A DNA stretch of 64,000 bases from Bugula neritina (taxonomy: Eukaryota; Animalia; Bryozoa). Location: NCBI GenBank assembly GCA_964035545.1, contig OZ037767.1, positions 20,538,628 to 20,602,627 on the forward strand. Reading direction: 5' to 3'. Shown piece by piece: positions 51,341 to 64,000 of the stretch. Position numbers and translations under genes: made by a program. The stretch's first letter is position 1. The number at the start of each line of letters is the position of its first letter. The notes beneath the pieces were generated by a model. The model saw nothing but the letters and a program-made list of their open reading frames with translations, was not told the DNA's origin and did no database searches.

Positions 51341-53575
51341 TTAGGAATCATCTCCTCTCTTGTAGCCATTGAACCCAGGAAACAGGTAAAGTTTTCGCAT
51401 ATGAGTGAGAGTATCCCAGATTACAACCAACTGTCCTCCACTCTCAAAATCGCGATCTACACACAGTTTTCTCACTTTAGTCTGTACCTGCACAACATAT
51501 AGAACTTTTACAATGAAGATAATATCATTAATTGTATAAATCAGTCAACCATTCATAGGTTATTTATGCAGTAGTTGGGTTTTCTTCTTTTATAGGTGTT
51601 ATGTGAGCTGGATATAGCTAAAATAACTACAAGCGCATAAGCAAATCATAGTGTAGGTAAAAAGCTGAAAATTGAAACAAGGTGACTAGAATATCATAAG
51701 GAGGACCTTTACCACTACTTTCAGCAAAGGTAGAAAAGTTTAACTGTTACACAGTGCAGTCAGAGAGTTGGCTCAATCTTAAGCTATACTGACAAAGCAT
51801 CAAATAGTTGGAATAGCACAGATAAATTTTTCAAGTTGAAAATTAAAATTTTCAATATTTTGAGGCGAATTGAGTAAGGACATATTGAATAAATGGAGAG
51901 TTAAACAATGAGGGGTACAAATGTGGCCGTAATTATTGAGTAAGTGTGAAGCATCATGTAAAGTAGATATTAGTGTAGTTATGTAATGATATTAATGTAT
52001 GTTTCCTGTAGCATTATGCAATACAATTAGTGGGTCACACCTACCTGTTTTAATATAGTGTAGAGGTCATGGTGACAGGCATGTTTATACATGGAAGATA
52101 CAAGAGCTCTAATCATTAGAGATCCAAACTCAGGGTGTCTCTTTGATATGAATGCTACAAGTAGATTGTATAACACAAATTATTTAACCAAGAACGAGAT
52201 AATATCTATTAATAACAAGCATCATATACAGTATAATATTGTGTATAACATCGTATTACTTACACTCCATGCTAGATTTCACTACTAGCAGGTCATCATA
52301 GTTTAGTCTATTCATAGTCTCAGCATCTTCCAATCTTTGAAATTTAGCAAGTGGGGGTGAGATGCTTTCAATCTCCTCTGTTTGAGAATCTCCGATATCA
52401 AATCTGTCAATACCCCTATCACCAAAATCACTCCTCTCTATAACACAAATGTTTAAAGGTGCGCTTTTAATTTCGATGAAAAAAGTACCGAGTTTCAGTT
52501 TAAAACACTCATCGGAATACCCCTTTACAGTTTTACTGAAACTCATTGACATCATATTGATGCGGAAGCTCACTTTCTAATATTAAAATATAACTAGCTC
52601 AATCCATATTTTGAAAACATAATGAATCTGTAAAGTAGACAGCATAAAAGCGTAATTGATCATGATACCCGATAGATTTAAAAAAATGAAGCTTTTACTT
52701 GAATCGATAAAGCTTAGTTTAATGTTTAAGTAAGTAATATAAACAAGAAAGCGATGATTGAATACTGACATCTACAAAGAGCACAAACTCATCAAATATA
52801 AATTTTAGAACATGCTAATACATCTGAGGTATTGCATCATACATTACATACATACATACCTAGCAAGCTAGCAGATTTTATGTATCAGCCAAACTGAGAC
52901 GTTTATGAATTAACCCTTGATAAGTAATTAGGTTAAAAGATGTACCTACTGAAGGAGGCAACTCTTAATTATAGATTGAGTATGAAGGACACGAAACGGG
53001 GTCTATCATAATAGCAACTTCTTGTCATTAAACAAATATCTGAATAATCTGCCACGTAAGAGAAGCATTTACCCTGTTGTAGCAACTTAATACCTCCACT
53101 GCAGGCTTCCAGTATAACAACCTTCGGTTTGCCAGCCATTCCTGTGAAGTTCAAAGGGGTCAAAAGGTCATACACATCAGTTAGTTTAACTCGCTTCATG
53201 TCTTTACCATAGATGTGGTTGTTCAGCCCTCCATGAGTCATGATAACCAACACATGACATCCCAGATCTTTGTGTTCCTCTTTTTTCACCTCAGATTTTA
53301 CAACAGACAGCATTTCCTACAAGTGTTTGAAGGGTACAGAATGCTCAACATTTTATATAAACTCGACAAAAAAAACCATGAAGAGCAAAAAGAACAAATT
53401 GTACCTGAGCCGTCAGATCTGTGTGTGGCACAACATCAAACTTGAACCCCTTCAACATGGCGGACATATTCTCAACATCAACATCTGAACCTTTCCTATA
53501 CAAATCTGGTCTCTTATCAAAATTCTTGTTGTTTATTATCAGAGCTCTGCCTCTCTTTCGCGTCATATTGAACAC
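51341..53575 (-). CDS. Caspase (peptidase C14A) catalytic domain exons
   Basis: Five exons give p20 with His-Gly (THG) and catalytic Cys in EACSG, an acidic intersubunit linker, and p10 ending RKLYLFPGFNGYKRGDDS*. Confidence 0.92.
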
Positions 53576-56500
53576 CTGGACACAATACAGAAGTATGTGT
53601 TATTGCCATAGAGGTATGACTACATAAAAATTACCATTCTATATGAGAATTAGCATTAGGAGCCATTACCTTATCAGTGTTTGAGAACAGCTGTCTCAAC
53701 CTAGGGTTACTGGTGGGATTCAGCCTTAGTCTGATCAACTTCATCTCTTCAACTTCCTCTTCATCAGGGTACAGATTGTCATCCTCATCAGAGAGATCAC
53801 TGAGATCATCATTGGCTGTCATTGTGGTGGTCATAGAATCTGATTGGCTACAGCTAGCAACTATAGAAAGTACAAAGAAAATTGAATTAGCAAATAGAAA
53901 AAAGACACAGAATATGCTAATTTGCAGATTGCCTTCAAGATTTAAGACAAAACTTTCTGGTTGAGCATTCCAACTGTATACTATGGTTTCTTAGTATTTT
54001 CATCTCCAACACATAGTGATAGTTCAAATATGTTTTTGTAGATAACATGAACTGTTGAAAGTTAGCATTTTTAATTAAAAAGTCAATTTGGCCAATTGCG
54101 ACAAGTTTGCCAAATTTTCTTGCATCATGAAGACAAATTACAAGAAAAACATTGTCTTTAATGACCTTTGTAATACATCTACAGTATAAATTATGATTGC
54201 TTTCAATATAAAAAACTATATTGAAGCTTTTTAAGGGTTTCTGTGTACACAGTTTTACACTTAAACAGTGCCATTATACACTATATATTCCTTTTCAAAG
54301 GATACAAAACAAAGACCAAATAAGTCATGTATTACTATTAGATAGTCATCTTCTGCATCAACGCAATTTCAATGCTTTCCAGTGAAGATATAAAAGAATG
54401 CTCTGGCAAGTAGAATTAAATAAAAACCGGCACATTTCTCAAAAAAGATATAAACACACTACTGTTAAAACTTTTTTGTTACTAGCAGATAGAAAAACTA
54501 AAGAATAATTACCAGATGTGTTTTGGCTTTCTTGCTGTTCCCCTCTCAGTTTCAGTTCAAGTATAGCTGTTTCAAACTTATCAGTTTCTGTCTCTAACAA
54601 TGCATCGCCTAAATAAGAAAAAAATTAACTACTTAAAAGATTATTATTTCCAAATTGAATTTAAATTTACAGGTTGCAGACCAAATTTATAGTGGTAACA
54701 GTTTTAAAATGAAAAACAAAATGATTGAGAGTCACTATTTAAGCCAACATAATTTTTATTGCCTTGTAAATAAACTTTACTAAGGTGAATGTTATATTGT
54801 ACTCTAATTTTTACTTTCTATGCATAAAATTTTAGACAATACACTTATTACAAAACATACATGGATAGACCAGAGCAGTGGGTATCTCGTCGCTATCACA
54901 CAGAGTTGTAGACAACGCACTACACAGCCTGATGTCTTGCAGTGGGTTCTCCATGGACCGAAGACACCACTGAGGACTACACACTTTCTTGAGACAAGGA
55001 AGTCTGAGTAGTAAGCAGTGAGCACAGTAGCATGTAGTGACTGGTCTACTTGCTGTCCAAGTTTCTAGAACATGTCTGAGGATGTTGTTGTTGGTTGTAA
55101 TAAGCTTTTTCCACATACTGCTAATGTTAGCAGCATCTGATGATACATAGAGCAAAACTTTTCTAGTTTTGTAGTCATGAACCAGCTGTGTGTAGATTCC
55201 ATCTTGATAGGCATTTGCTCCATTTCTCTTCACTTCGATTTTTGCAAAATCCAAAGGAAACATTTCCAACAAACCAACAGTCATTTGGTGGTACACATAT
55301 TGTGGTAATGCAAGACCATTGAACTGCGTTTCAACATGAAGGAGCATGATCTTTGGTGAAGAAAAAGAAATATTGTAAAAGTTTTGAGCAAATTGAGGTA
55401 CAATAAAGCATCGGTTCTTGCACTCTTTGTTTAAATACCCATGCAGCAAACGGAATGTCTGCAGTAAGCAAACAGCAACTTCAACATCTTCCAACTTCGT
55501 GAATGATGTCTCTTTTTCAATCAAATAAAAAAGAAGGCATTCCATCATCAAACCAGTGCGAGTAAACTGACTAACAAGTTCCTCAAAGTCTTGCTTCTCA
55601 ACACGTAATCTATTCTTTGAATAATACGGTTGAAACTGATCAACTCTCCTCTGCCATATGTTAGGATCATGATGATACAAGACACAGAGAAGTTTGGTGA
55701 CTTCTGAAATCTTGTGGAATATGTATGGCCTGAGAGAACTGATATCTTTATACCACAATACTTTACCACAGTCATGCATGTATGTGAGGATAGTGTCCAG
55801 CTGACCTGACCCAATGTGGTGAGATTCTGTTTGTACGTCTTTCAGTATCTCATCAAAGGTGCTGTACACAGATGGAAGAGACAGCACCTTTCCATTCACT
55901 TCTTCCCAGACTGAAGGCAGAGGTTTGACAAAGTGTTGACTGCTTTGAAGCAGAGAATTCTTGATCAGGTCAAACACTTCATACTTTTCATCTTTTCCCA
56001 CCTCGTAAATGTATCCATTGAGAAAAACTTCAGTTGACTTACTAAAATGCAAGATTCGAGCAAAGTCACCATCCAATCTCTTTTCTTCTCTCACAATATC
56101 TTCACACAACTGGTTTGAAATTTCAAGAAAACTATTTTTAAGCTTTTGAAACTGGATACTTTGAAACTTATCCTTATGTGTAAAGATAAGTTTTGGTGCG
56201 TCGAGAGTTGGGTTAGCAAGATAGAGGTGAGACATGTAATCAAAGGCTAATCTTCTAACAGCTTCTCTGGGTGTTGATTTATTTGAAACCTCATCATACT
56301 GTTCCATGTTAACTACTATGACTGGTATGCAATTTTGCTTCAGTGTCAGTTGATAAGTTATATGGTAAACTTCTTGACCCCCAAAATCAATGAGACGAAG
56401 CGCTGTGCCATCCACCTCAACCTCTTCAACATTAAACACCTTTGTTGTCTCATCTTTTTCAGCACCTGAACCTCTGTTGGTCAGAACTCTCTTTCTGTCA

Positions 56501-59500
56501 GCGCTCTGAAATGTTCTGATTAGACTTGTCTTCCCAGCCATGGTATTACCCAGTATTGCTATTGTAGCAAATGGTAGGCTTTTACCAGCACCTTTAGCCA
56601 AGTCTGTATAATATTGTCTCACAGCAGTTATTCCCCGCCTACATACTTCGATTGGAGGAGATGTGAGAGCATTACAACCATGTGCTTTCAGCTCATGAAG
56701 TTGAGTTAGCTGTAATATCTTACTATCCAGAGATGTCAAGAAATTATTCTTAGATATATCTAATTTTTGCAGTCTACTCAAGGTGCACACAGGAGATGGT
56801 ATACTGGTGAGGTTATTGCGAGATATGTCCAGCTTTTGTAACTTCTGTAGACAATGCATGCTGTAAAATATAAAGTATATTTGGTAAATTGTCAATAGTT
56901 ATACTAGTGATATATATAGTTGTACAGATATGATAAACTGGTCATTGAACAGTGCTCAAGATCTTTTTAAAAAATGAGCTGAATACTATAAGGTATTTGG
57001 TAAAATGTAAGTACTCATGTACATATACTAACTATGTGTACACTCGAGCGTGTGAGCGTACATAGATATGCTGATAAGAAGGAATGTTGAGGTAGGTGAA
57101 TGTACATAATCAACAATTTGTAAGCCATCAGATTAAATCATATATTACATTATTGAAAGTTGTTTTAAGCTCTTTATTACGATGGTTATACAAGCCAGAG
57201 AAAACTTTGTTGCTTTTTCTAAGTGGCCAAACTCGATTTTCAAAGAATATGGTGCAAAAAAGCATTCTCAGTTATTTCCTCAGCACCGATGACAGACCCT
57301 TGCACCACAATATTGTTAACATAACAATATGTCACTTCACAAACACAATGCCATGATACAACACATTGCCAAGAATCAAAGTCATAATTCCTGGGACAGG
57401 CGTCAAAATAAAACCCAACAGGCAAAGCATAGTGCACACCTTTTTACTTCGCGGCCTGATATTTCTAAAGGTCTTCAAAAATGTAGATTTGCAGGTAGAA
57501 AGACTTAGAGTTGACTATTTTAAACTTGTTGTGCAATTGCCGTCATTTCCTAATGTTTTCACTACATGCTGCAACCTTGTCATCGTGGCATTCAGTAGAA
57601 ATGCCCATGATGATTTTTGAGTTTGAGTTTATGAATAATCTGCACAACAGCTGTTAATTTTATTTAAGCTGTCAAGCTAAAATATTAAAATTAATTATCT
57701 TAAATTGGCCAAATTACTTTACGGTAAAAACTTTACTGCGTAGAGTTTATAGCTGGCGTTAAATTTTAGACTGTGTAAATTTTGTTTTTCAACAGCAGTA
57801 GCTTTTTATCACTCAGGTGGGTGAAAAAATTATACTATTAAAGTACTCTTCACTTAAGAGGAGGCAACTCCGCGAGATCGATCTGACACTCTCATGGAAG
57901 ATCGATCTGAGTACAATTCTCAGATTGATCTCGCTGAGATCGATCAGAGATCGATCCATGGAAAGCCCGTGAATGTATATTCTTTGTAAATTTTTGCAAG
58001 CGCGTGGAGCATGTTAGTTCATTCTAATTCCTCTAATTAGTTCTCAACAACTAACATATATTTAACCAAGGAAACAGTACTATGAGTTTCATTACATGAA
58101 TATGTATGTAGACAGATTTTGAGTTAGTGATGAGCTATTATCTTCATTACAGTATCATTCTACACTATAGTATAATACACACCTGTTTGGTAGAGTTGAC
58201 AGTTCACAGCCCCGCATGTACAGCTCTCTCAAGGATAATAAGGATGTGAATATATCATCAGGTAGACCTTCAGATAGGTTAGTCATTGATATGTCCATTA
58301 CCTCGAGATTTTCAAGTGAAGATATGCTGTAACATGGCATAGAATGGTCCATACTGTATCACCCATACATGATAATGAGTGGTAAAAATGTACAACAGCA
58401 TCATGTACACAGCACACAATAAGCGAGTAAGTGTGTTCTAATATATATGAATACACACATTTTAGGTTATATTGCACATGTATACCTTTGTAATAGAGTT
58501 GACAGTTTACAGCATTCCATGTGCAACTCTCTTAATGATAGTAAAGATGTGAATATATCGTCAGGTAGACCTTCAAATAGGTCATTCTCTGATATATCCA
58601 ATACCTCAAGACTCTTCAGTGAGCATATGCTGTAACATAACATAAAATGATCTATACCATACTATTATATTATAAATATATAATACATAGTACTTATTAA
58701 ACAATGAATAATGTACCAGGTCACACAACGCACAATAATCATACAAAATATCCATGCAATATTACACTACCACATAAGAGTACTATTCTATCAATTATTA
58801 GTGTAGGCATACTTCATATTGAGCATGAAAACCTATTGTATTATATAATAATTTTATGCTACACATCTTCCTTAACATGCACAACTCATACTACATAGTC
58901 TGCATCAACACACACCTGTTTGGTAAAGTTACCAATTTACAGCCCCTCATGTCCAACTCTCTCAATGATAGTAAGGATGTGAATATATCATCAGGTAAAC
59001 CTTCAGATAGGTTATTATTTGAGATATCCAATACCTCGAGATTCTTCAGTAAAGATATGCTGTAACATAACATACAGATGTGAACTTTATTAGATATGAT
59101 GCATATGTTTGCATTCTAACAGTCGTTTATTCGATGGAAACAAAAACAATAATAATTATTGCTTTATACAAAATTATATAGTAGTAATTATTATTATTTG
59201 CAATCTCATTTTTATTCTTCAAATAAATTACTCACACACACATATATATACACACACACACACACACATATATATACACACATATATATACACACATATA
59301 AGTACACACTCACACATGCTATATTGCACCATGGATCTTTGCAGGAGCATACACAGAAAAGATAAAAGCATTAAATGTTCAATTTTAAAACGCATACACT
59401 ACTATCAGTAAAATGCAACTGAATAGAATGTAACACTTAATCAAGAAAATGGGCTCGCTAAATAGCCATTAGCTAATTAGGTCACCACATTCACATTTGC

Positions 59501-60340
59501 CATTCGGCATTTTCAACAAAATGACCCCCTTTTTTGTTTGAATTTTCGTCAGTGGCGACTGCGAAAATTCATTTAATGTGGCCTTACATCAAGACAAGTG
59601 TATGGGTAAAGAGAATAGTGAGATTACTCTGTTTAGTGTGCGTTAACCTAACTTGTTAACCATTTTCAAGCTTGGTCTGGCTTTACAGTGAATAAGATGC
59701 ATTTACACTAAGAAGTCAGGTGTCTTAGAAAAAACTTGTAAGTAAGAGTTCACACAGTAAAAACAAAATTTTTCAACACATGTTTCAACATTACTATAAG
59801 TTTTATGATTAGTTCACATTCTACTAGTAAAATGCTTAACAAGAGATAACTGTATAACCATCTCCTAAGACCCTACAGACTAAAACAATATTATTGAAAG
59901 ACTACCATCATAACCACACTATACCTGGTGCAGTCAGTATTACTGTCTACATTACATAGCCTTAGATGCGTAAGATGAGGAAATGGTGTGTTGATATCTG
60001 GAGGAATGTCACCTTCCAGTATAACATGAGTAACTGTATGATGTCTACTTATATCATTAATCTCTTCTTTAGTGTAAGATGTAGCATAATTTGACATCCA
60101 CATATCATCATTTTCATCTATACTGCATGTGTTAAACCATACCCTGTATTTCTCTACAAATTATATAACAATTATAAGCCATCAATAAAATTAGAATTAT
60201 TTCAAGAACCAACTAAAACTAAAAACTCTTACAAAGTAATTTGGTTTGTTAATGAAAATATTTGTTTACTAACTGTTCACGGATTGACTTGGATGTCGAG
60301 TTGGGGGTTGAGTTGAAATTTCAGTTACTAGCTGTTCCAT
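51341..60340 (-). CDS. LRR-Roc-COR (ROCO GTPase)-caspase fusion protein, 13 coding exons, ~1279 aa
   Basis: Exons: 60274-60340, 59925-60153, 58916-59059, 58486-58629, 58183-58326, 54861-56860, 54513-54608, 53670-53860, 53405-53575, 53094-53316, 52264-52437, 52045-52154, 51341-51487. Total 3840 nt, one open frame across all GT-AG junctions. LRRs, Roc motifs (GNTMAGKTS, DFGGQEVY, THKD), COR, acidic linker, caspase p20 (RGRALIINN, RKGSDVD, IMTHG, GKPKVVILEACSG) and p10 (SKRHPEFGS, RKLYLFPG). Confidence 0.85.
54861..56860 (-). CDS. Large exon encoding terminal LRRs, Roc GTPase and COR domain
   Basis: Part of ORF 54832-56895: LRRs, ROCO linker LTSPPIEVCRRGITAVRQY, P-loop ILGNTMAGKTSL, G2 ETT, G3 DFGGQ, G4 THKD, COR features (LPSVW, YMHDCGKVLWY, FIVP), C-terminal CYCAHC. 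Confidence 0.93.
57625..57971. mobile_element. Right-half copy of the 28807-29595 MITE
   Basis: Colinear with ~29245-29595 and ends in ...CATGGAAAGCCCGTG. Lies in the intron between the LRR cassettes and the Roc-COR exon. Confidence 0.8.
58183..59059 (-). CDS. Three tandem 144-nt phase-2 LRR cassette exons of the ROCO-caspase gene
   Basis: 58916-59059, 58486-58629, 58183-58326. Each encodes two 24-aa LRRs (LEVxDISxxxLxEGLPDDIFTSLLSLRELxMxxCxLxTL) with near-identical splice flanks. Confidence 0.9.
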
Positions 60341-62094
60341 TTTGCAATCAGTAGAGGTCGTTGTTATCGCCTGTAATAATCACTTTAGTCAGTGTGCTTT
60401 AACTAAACTAATGGTAAAGATCGCCTAAAAACCAAGTATTACCATCATCATTATACTGTAAGGAAATGCTTGTTTGCAACTGTAGGATGCACTAAAAACA
60501 GATTGTTTAGAAAAAAAAGAAAAAAACAAACTTCCTAATATATAAAAATGATGATTGTTGTAACTGAGGAAATAAGCAAGGTAAATTTTTTTTTAATGGT
60601 CTAAATTGTGATAGACTTAGAAGTTAGAGTTATAACTATATGCTATACATTCACAAGGTCATGGCGATCACCCTTCACAGTATGAGTATCTATATAAATA
60701 ATACTATCAGTATGACTAGTTTACTCTAATAGTAATAGCAATACTAATAGTAACGTCTAACACTAACAGTATTAGTATTACTATTAGTATTACATTTACT
60801 ATTACTATTAGTATTAAATTTAAAGTAAATTAGTACTACTATTGGTATTAGTAGTACTACTTACACTTACAGTTACTAGTATTAAATTTAATATGAATGT
60901 ATCAGTACGAGTAGTGAAGGAAGTAGTGGAAGTAATCATTTACTGTTTAGACTTTACAGTAAAGTTCTGTAATGAGTGTAATGATCATTATGAGTAACGA
61001 CTGTAGGAGGGTGGGTTCAAATGACAAATCTAAGAGTAAGTAACTGCAACAAAAAATGGAAACAAAATGGAGACAAATCATAAATCTAAAAGTAAATGTC
61101 AGAAAAGGGTAAAAACTAAAACGGTTTCCCAAAAATATTGAGTAGCCGACTGCTTTAAGTTTAAGCTTAGCTATAAGTATAAGCTAGTGCTACAGCCTAC
61201 AGATGAATTTCAATTTGAGTATTTGACTATTTCAATTTGGAGGACTGTGTCGTACATACCACTAATACTGTACCATTACTGGTACCACAGCTACTAAACT
61301 ACTAGTACTAGTAGTAGTACTAGTACTGCTTGCAAAAGCAGGTATTACTTACACTATCAGTCTCAGTCTGTACGACTAACTCACTAACTCAGTTAGTGAG
61401 TTTCAGTTAGTAAGTAGTCGTAACGACGTAAGCCTAAGGCACTTTACATAGAGGGTAGTTAGATAACTGGTCCATAGCGGTTGAGTTTAGGAGTTTGTAG
61501 TAGACGGCCAGGTTTAAACTTGGGGCATTGAGAAAAAAGCGGCAAGTAAAAACTGAAAATAATGACCAGGGGTGTGAGCCTAAAATTAAAACTAAAAATA
61601 AAGACGAGTTTACATATTATTTTTTGACGATTACTGTTTAACGGCGATACGCGACTCGTTGAATTTTTACCCTGTCCCATCCGTCGGGCCAATCGATATG
61701 TGCCGGTAAGTTACGCAATTTGACGCGTTTACTTTTAAACGCCTTATTTGCTGTTAAAGCCATATTTAATGCACTTTGATGAGATAATTTAATATAGGCC
61801 TACGGGGCAATGATCAAATCTCGATGACTAAAAGGACAGAAATTCAGCTGTTCGCGTGAGCAGAGGACAGTTATTCTTTTAATGTATCCGTAGTATAACT
61901 AACTTTTTGATTGAAAAGTGAAAAGGAAGGTACAAATGCACTTATTCTCCCAGGATTGATGAAAATTTTACATGAATATCATCTAAAGCCTTAGTTTAAT
62001 TTTTATGAATAAGAAAAATGAGGAGTCCAAGTCATCTAACGCTAATAGTTCTTATCTCAGAAACACGCTCATAAGTTGTGTAGTAATAAAATTA

Positions 62095-63379
62095 TATACA
62101 CGTATACATTATATGTATAATTACAGTAATAAATAAATGCAGCACTATAGATTCAAAGGAACATAAGTTTCAGCATAAAGAATACTGACCACTTTTTCCC
62201 CCCCCCCCTCCCCCCCCCCCCCCCCCCCCCCCCCCGGGGAAACAAGATTTTACAGTCTTTCGCCATTTTTTATTTAATTTAACTTCGGAGCAACAAATTT
62301 TCTATATACATTTTAACTGTGGAGCAGCAGATTTTGCTATGTTTATAGGATATAGCTTTAGTGTCACTGTCACTACTACTCCTAATGTTCTTTCTGATGC
62401 AACGAAGCACATTGTAGAATGTAAGTCTGAAAGTTGCCTTCTTGTTACAAACTGGGGAGACAACTTTATCATTATCTTCCTCTTTAATATCTTCTAATGT
62501 TATCTGATGGTCTACCACTTTCTCAAACGCACACACTCCATCATCTAATTATTCTAATCTATCTCTACCAATAGCACTACCAATGTCACTTTTTTAATAA
62601 AGGCTTTCATCCCTATAACTTCATCTGGATTTTTAAAAACTAATATTATTATGTTTTATAGATTGTCATATTGGCCTGCATGCATGTAATAAAATTTATT
62701 TTGGCAATCTATAATTCAGATTTAAAATAAACTGCATTATAAATTTTATGTAAGCCTATGCTATGCTATGCTATGATCACTAATAAAGGTTAAGTAATTA
62801 ATATTTGTAGCAAGTATACTTTGGAATTGTATTCCCTGCTACATATTATTTACTACTGTAGTGTGCAATGAATGCATTGTGTGCTCCATAATGTATAGCT
62901 TTACGTACCAACAAGCAACTTTTTGAATATTCAAACAAATTGATTTATAATGAAGTAAAAATGTTCAATCTATTATTATAGGAAGTTTTACATGCTTATC
63001 TTCTATAATTTCTAAATACTATGGATGGTAATTTAATAAATATAATATAAAATCTTAAAAAACAACATATTAGTAAGCTATAAATTTTCTACTTTACCTC
63101 TTACAAAATAATTATACAAATAAACTTACTCAGTAAGAGTGTAGGTTGAAGAGACACTTTCATTCACACCAGTAATCAGAGATGTATTATCAGAGATTTT
63201 TCTAGAAGACATTCTATGAATATTGATCCAATGATATCCGAGAACAGAAATAGTATAGTATACAGTTTGCTTTACCAAGAGGCAGATGCAGAGTGAACTC
63301 TTAGTCATTTTGATTGTTGAACTATTCGCAGGGCGTAACGTATCATTCAAATTTTGTTATTGTTGACATCATGCAATTA

Positions 63380-63390
<11 letters not shown>
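62095..63390. repeat. Copy 2 of the duplicated segment
   Basis: Same orientation as 45590-47190 and colinear, with substitutions, indels and a poly-C insertion at 62198-62235. Confidence 0.85.
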
Positions 63391-63419
<29 letters not shown>

Positions 63420-64000
63420 GTGAAACAATATTGTAGTCGATAAAATGAATATATAAGTTTATTTTTATATCCAAAATTGTATCAGTACCAAATATAAATA
63501 CTCTATTTTTCGAAATATTGGGTTCTTTTGATTCATTTTTAATTATAGAAACTATATATATAGCACTGATAACTCCATGTGTGTGTGGGTTTGTGTGTGT
63601 GCTATCAAAATAATGTTATAGCATCGGGAAGTATTTTAATTTACCACACAAGTAAACGGATTAAAAGACAAATTTATAAAGTAGCTGATTTTATAAGGAT
63701 TATTGTACCTTTTTTTCTCTTTCAACAAACAAATCATAAATAATAATGCCCTATAGGACCATTCACTTGAACACAAATTTTATAGTGTTGAGCTGCATAT
63801 ATTCATTGCTATAGGTGAAACTCCAAACTTTTCTATTTAAAACCTGTTTGTGAGTTACAGAGATAGAGGAAATAACTTATTTTAAGTTCAATATATATAG
63901 TTTGGCTCTTCTGCAAGACCACAGACTTGGTATTACATAACATCATATTAGGTTGTGTTTAAAGTAAAATGGCTTTACAAAAACTAATTCAAGAAAATAG

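Noticed and set aside
57096-57620. Short ORFs in the LRR-to-Roc intron
   Set aside because: No LRR or other recognisable motif, and the flanking exons already join in phase without them.

Overview
AT-rich, intron-containing genomic DNA from an invertebrate animal (lineage not determinable from the sequence alone). I assembled five spliced genes by hand, all with GT-AG introns and consistent reading phases. (1) Cortactin, minus strand, 10377-21952. (2) Head-to-head with it, an atypical kinesin with degenerate switch motifs, plus strand, 23281-32344. (3) A small secreted six-cysteine WAP-like peptide missed by the ORF track, plus strand, 33505-~34828. (4) A SON splicing cofactor homolog (RS, G-patch, dsRBD), minus strand, 35244-44797. 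(5) The most striking locus: a ~1279-aa LRR-Roc-COR (ROCO GTPase) protein fused to a complete C-terminal caspase domain with an EACSG catalytic motif and three duplicated 144-nt LRR cassette exons, minus strand, 51341-60340. Also present: a type I hammerhead ribozyme ending a highly structured ~270-nt element in (TA)n (retrozyme-like, 46205-46470), a decayed R2-clade retrotransposon outside rDNA just past the caspase stop codon, a duplicated segment bracketing the ROCO-caspase gene, several MITEs and SINE remnants, and many intron-specific minisatellites, two of which duplicate splice sites. The first ~10 kb appears non-coding.
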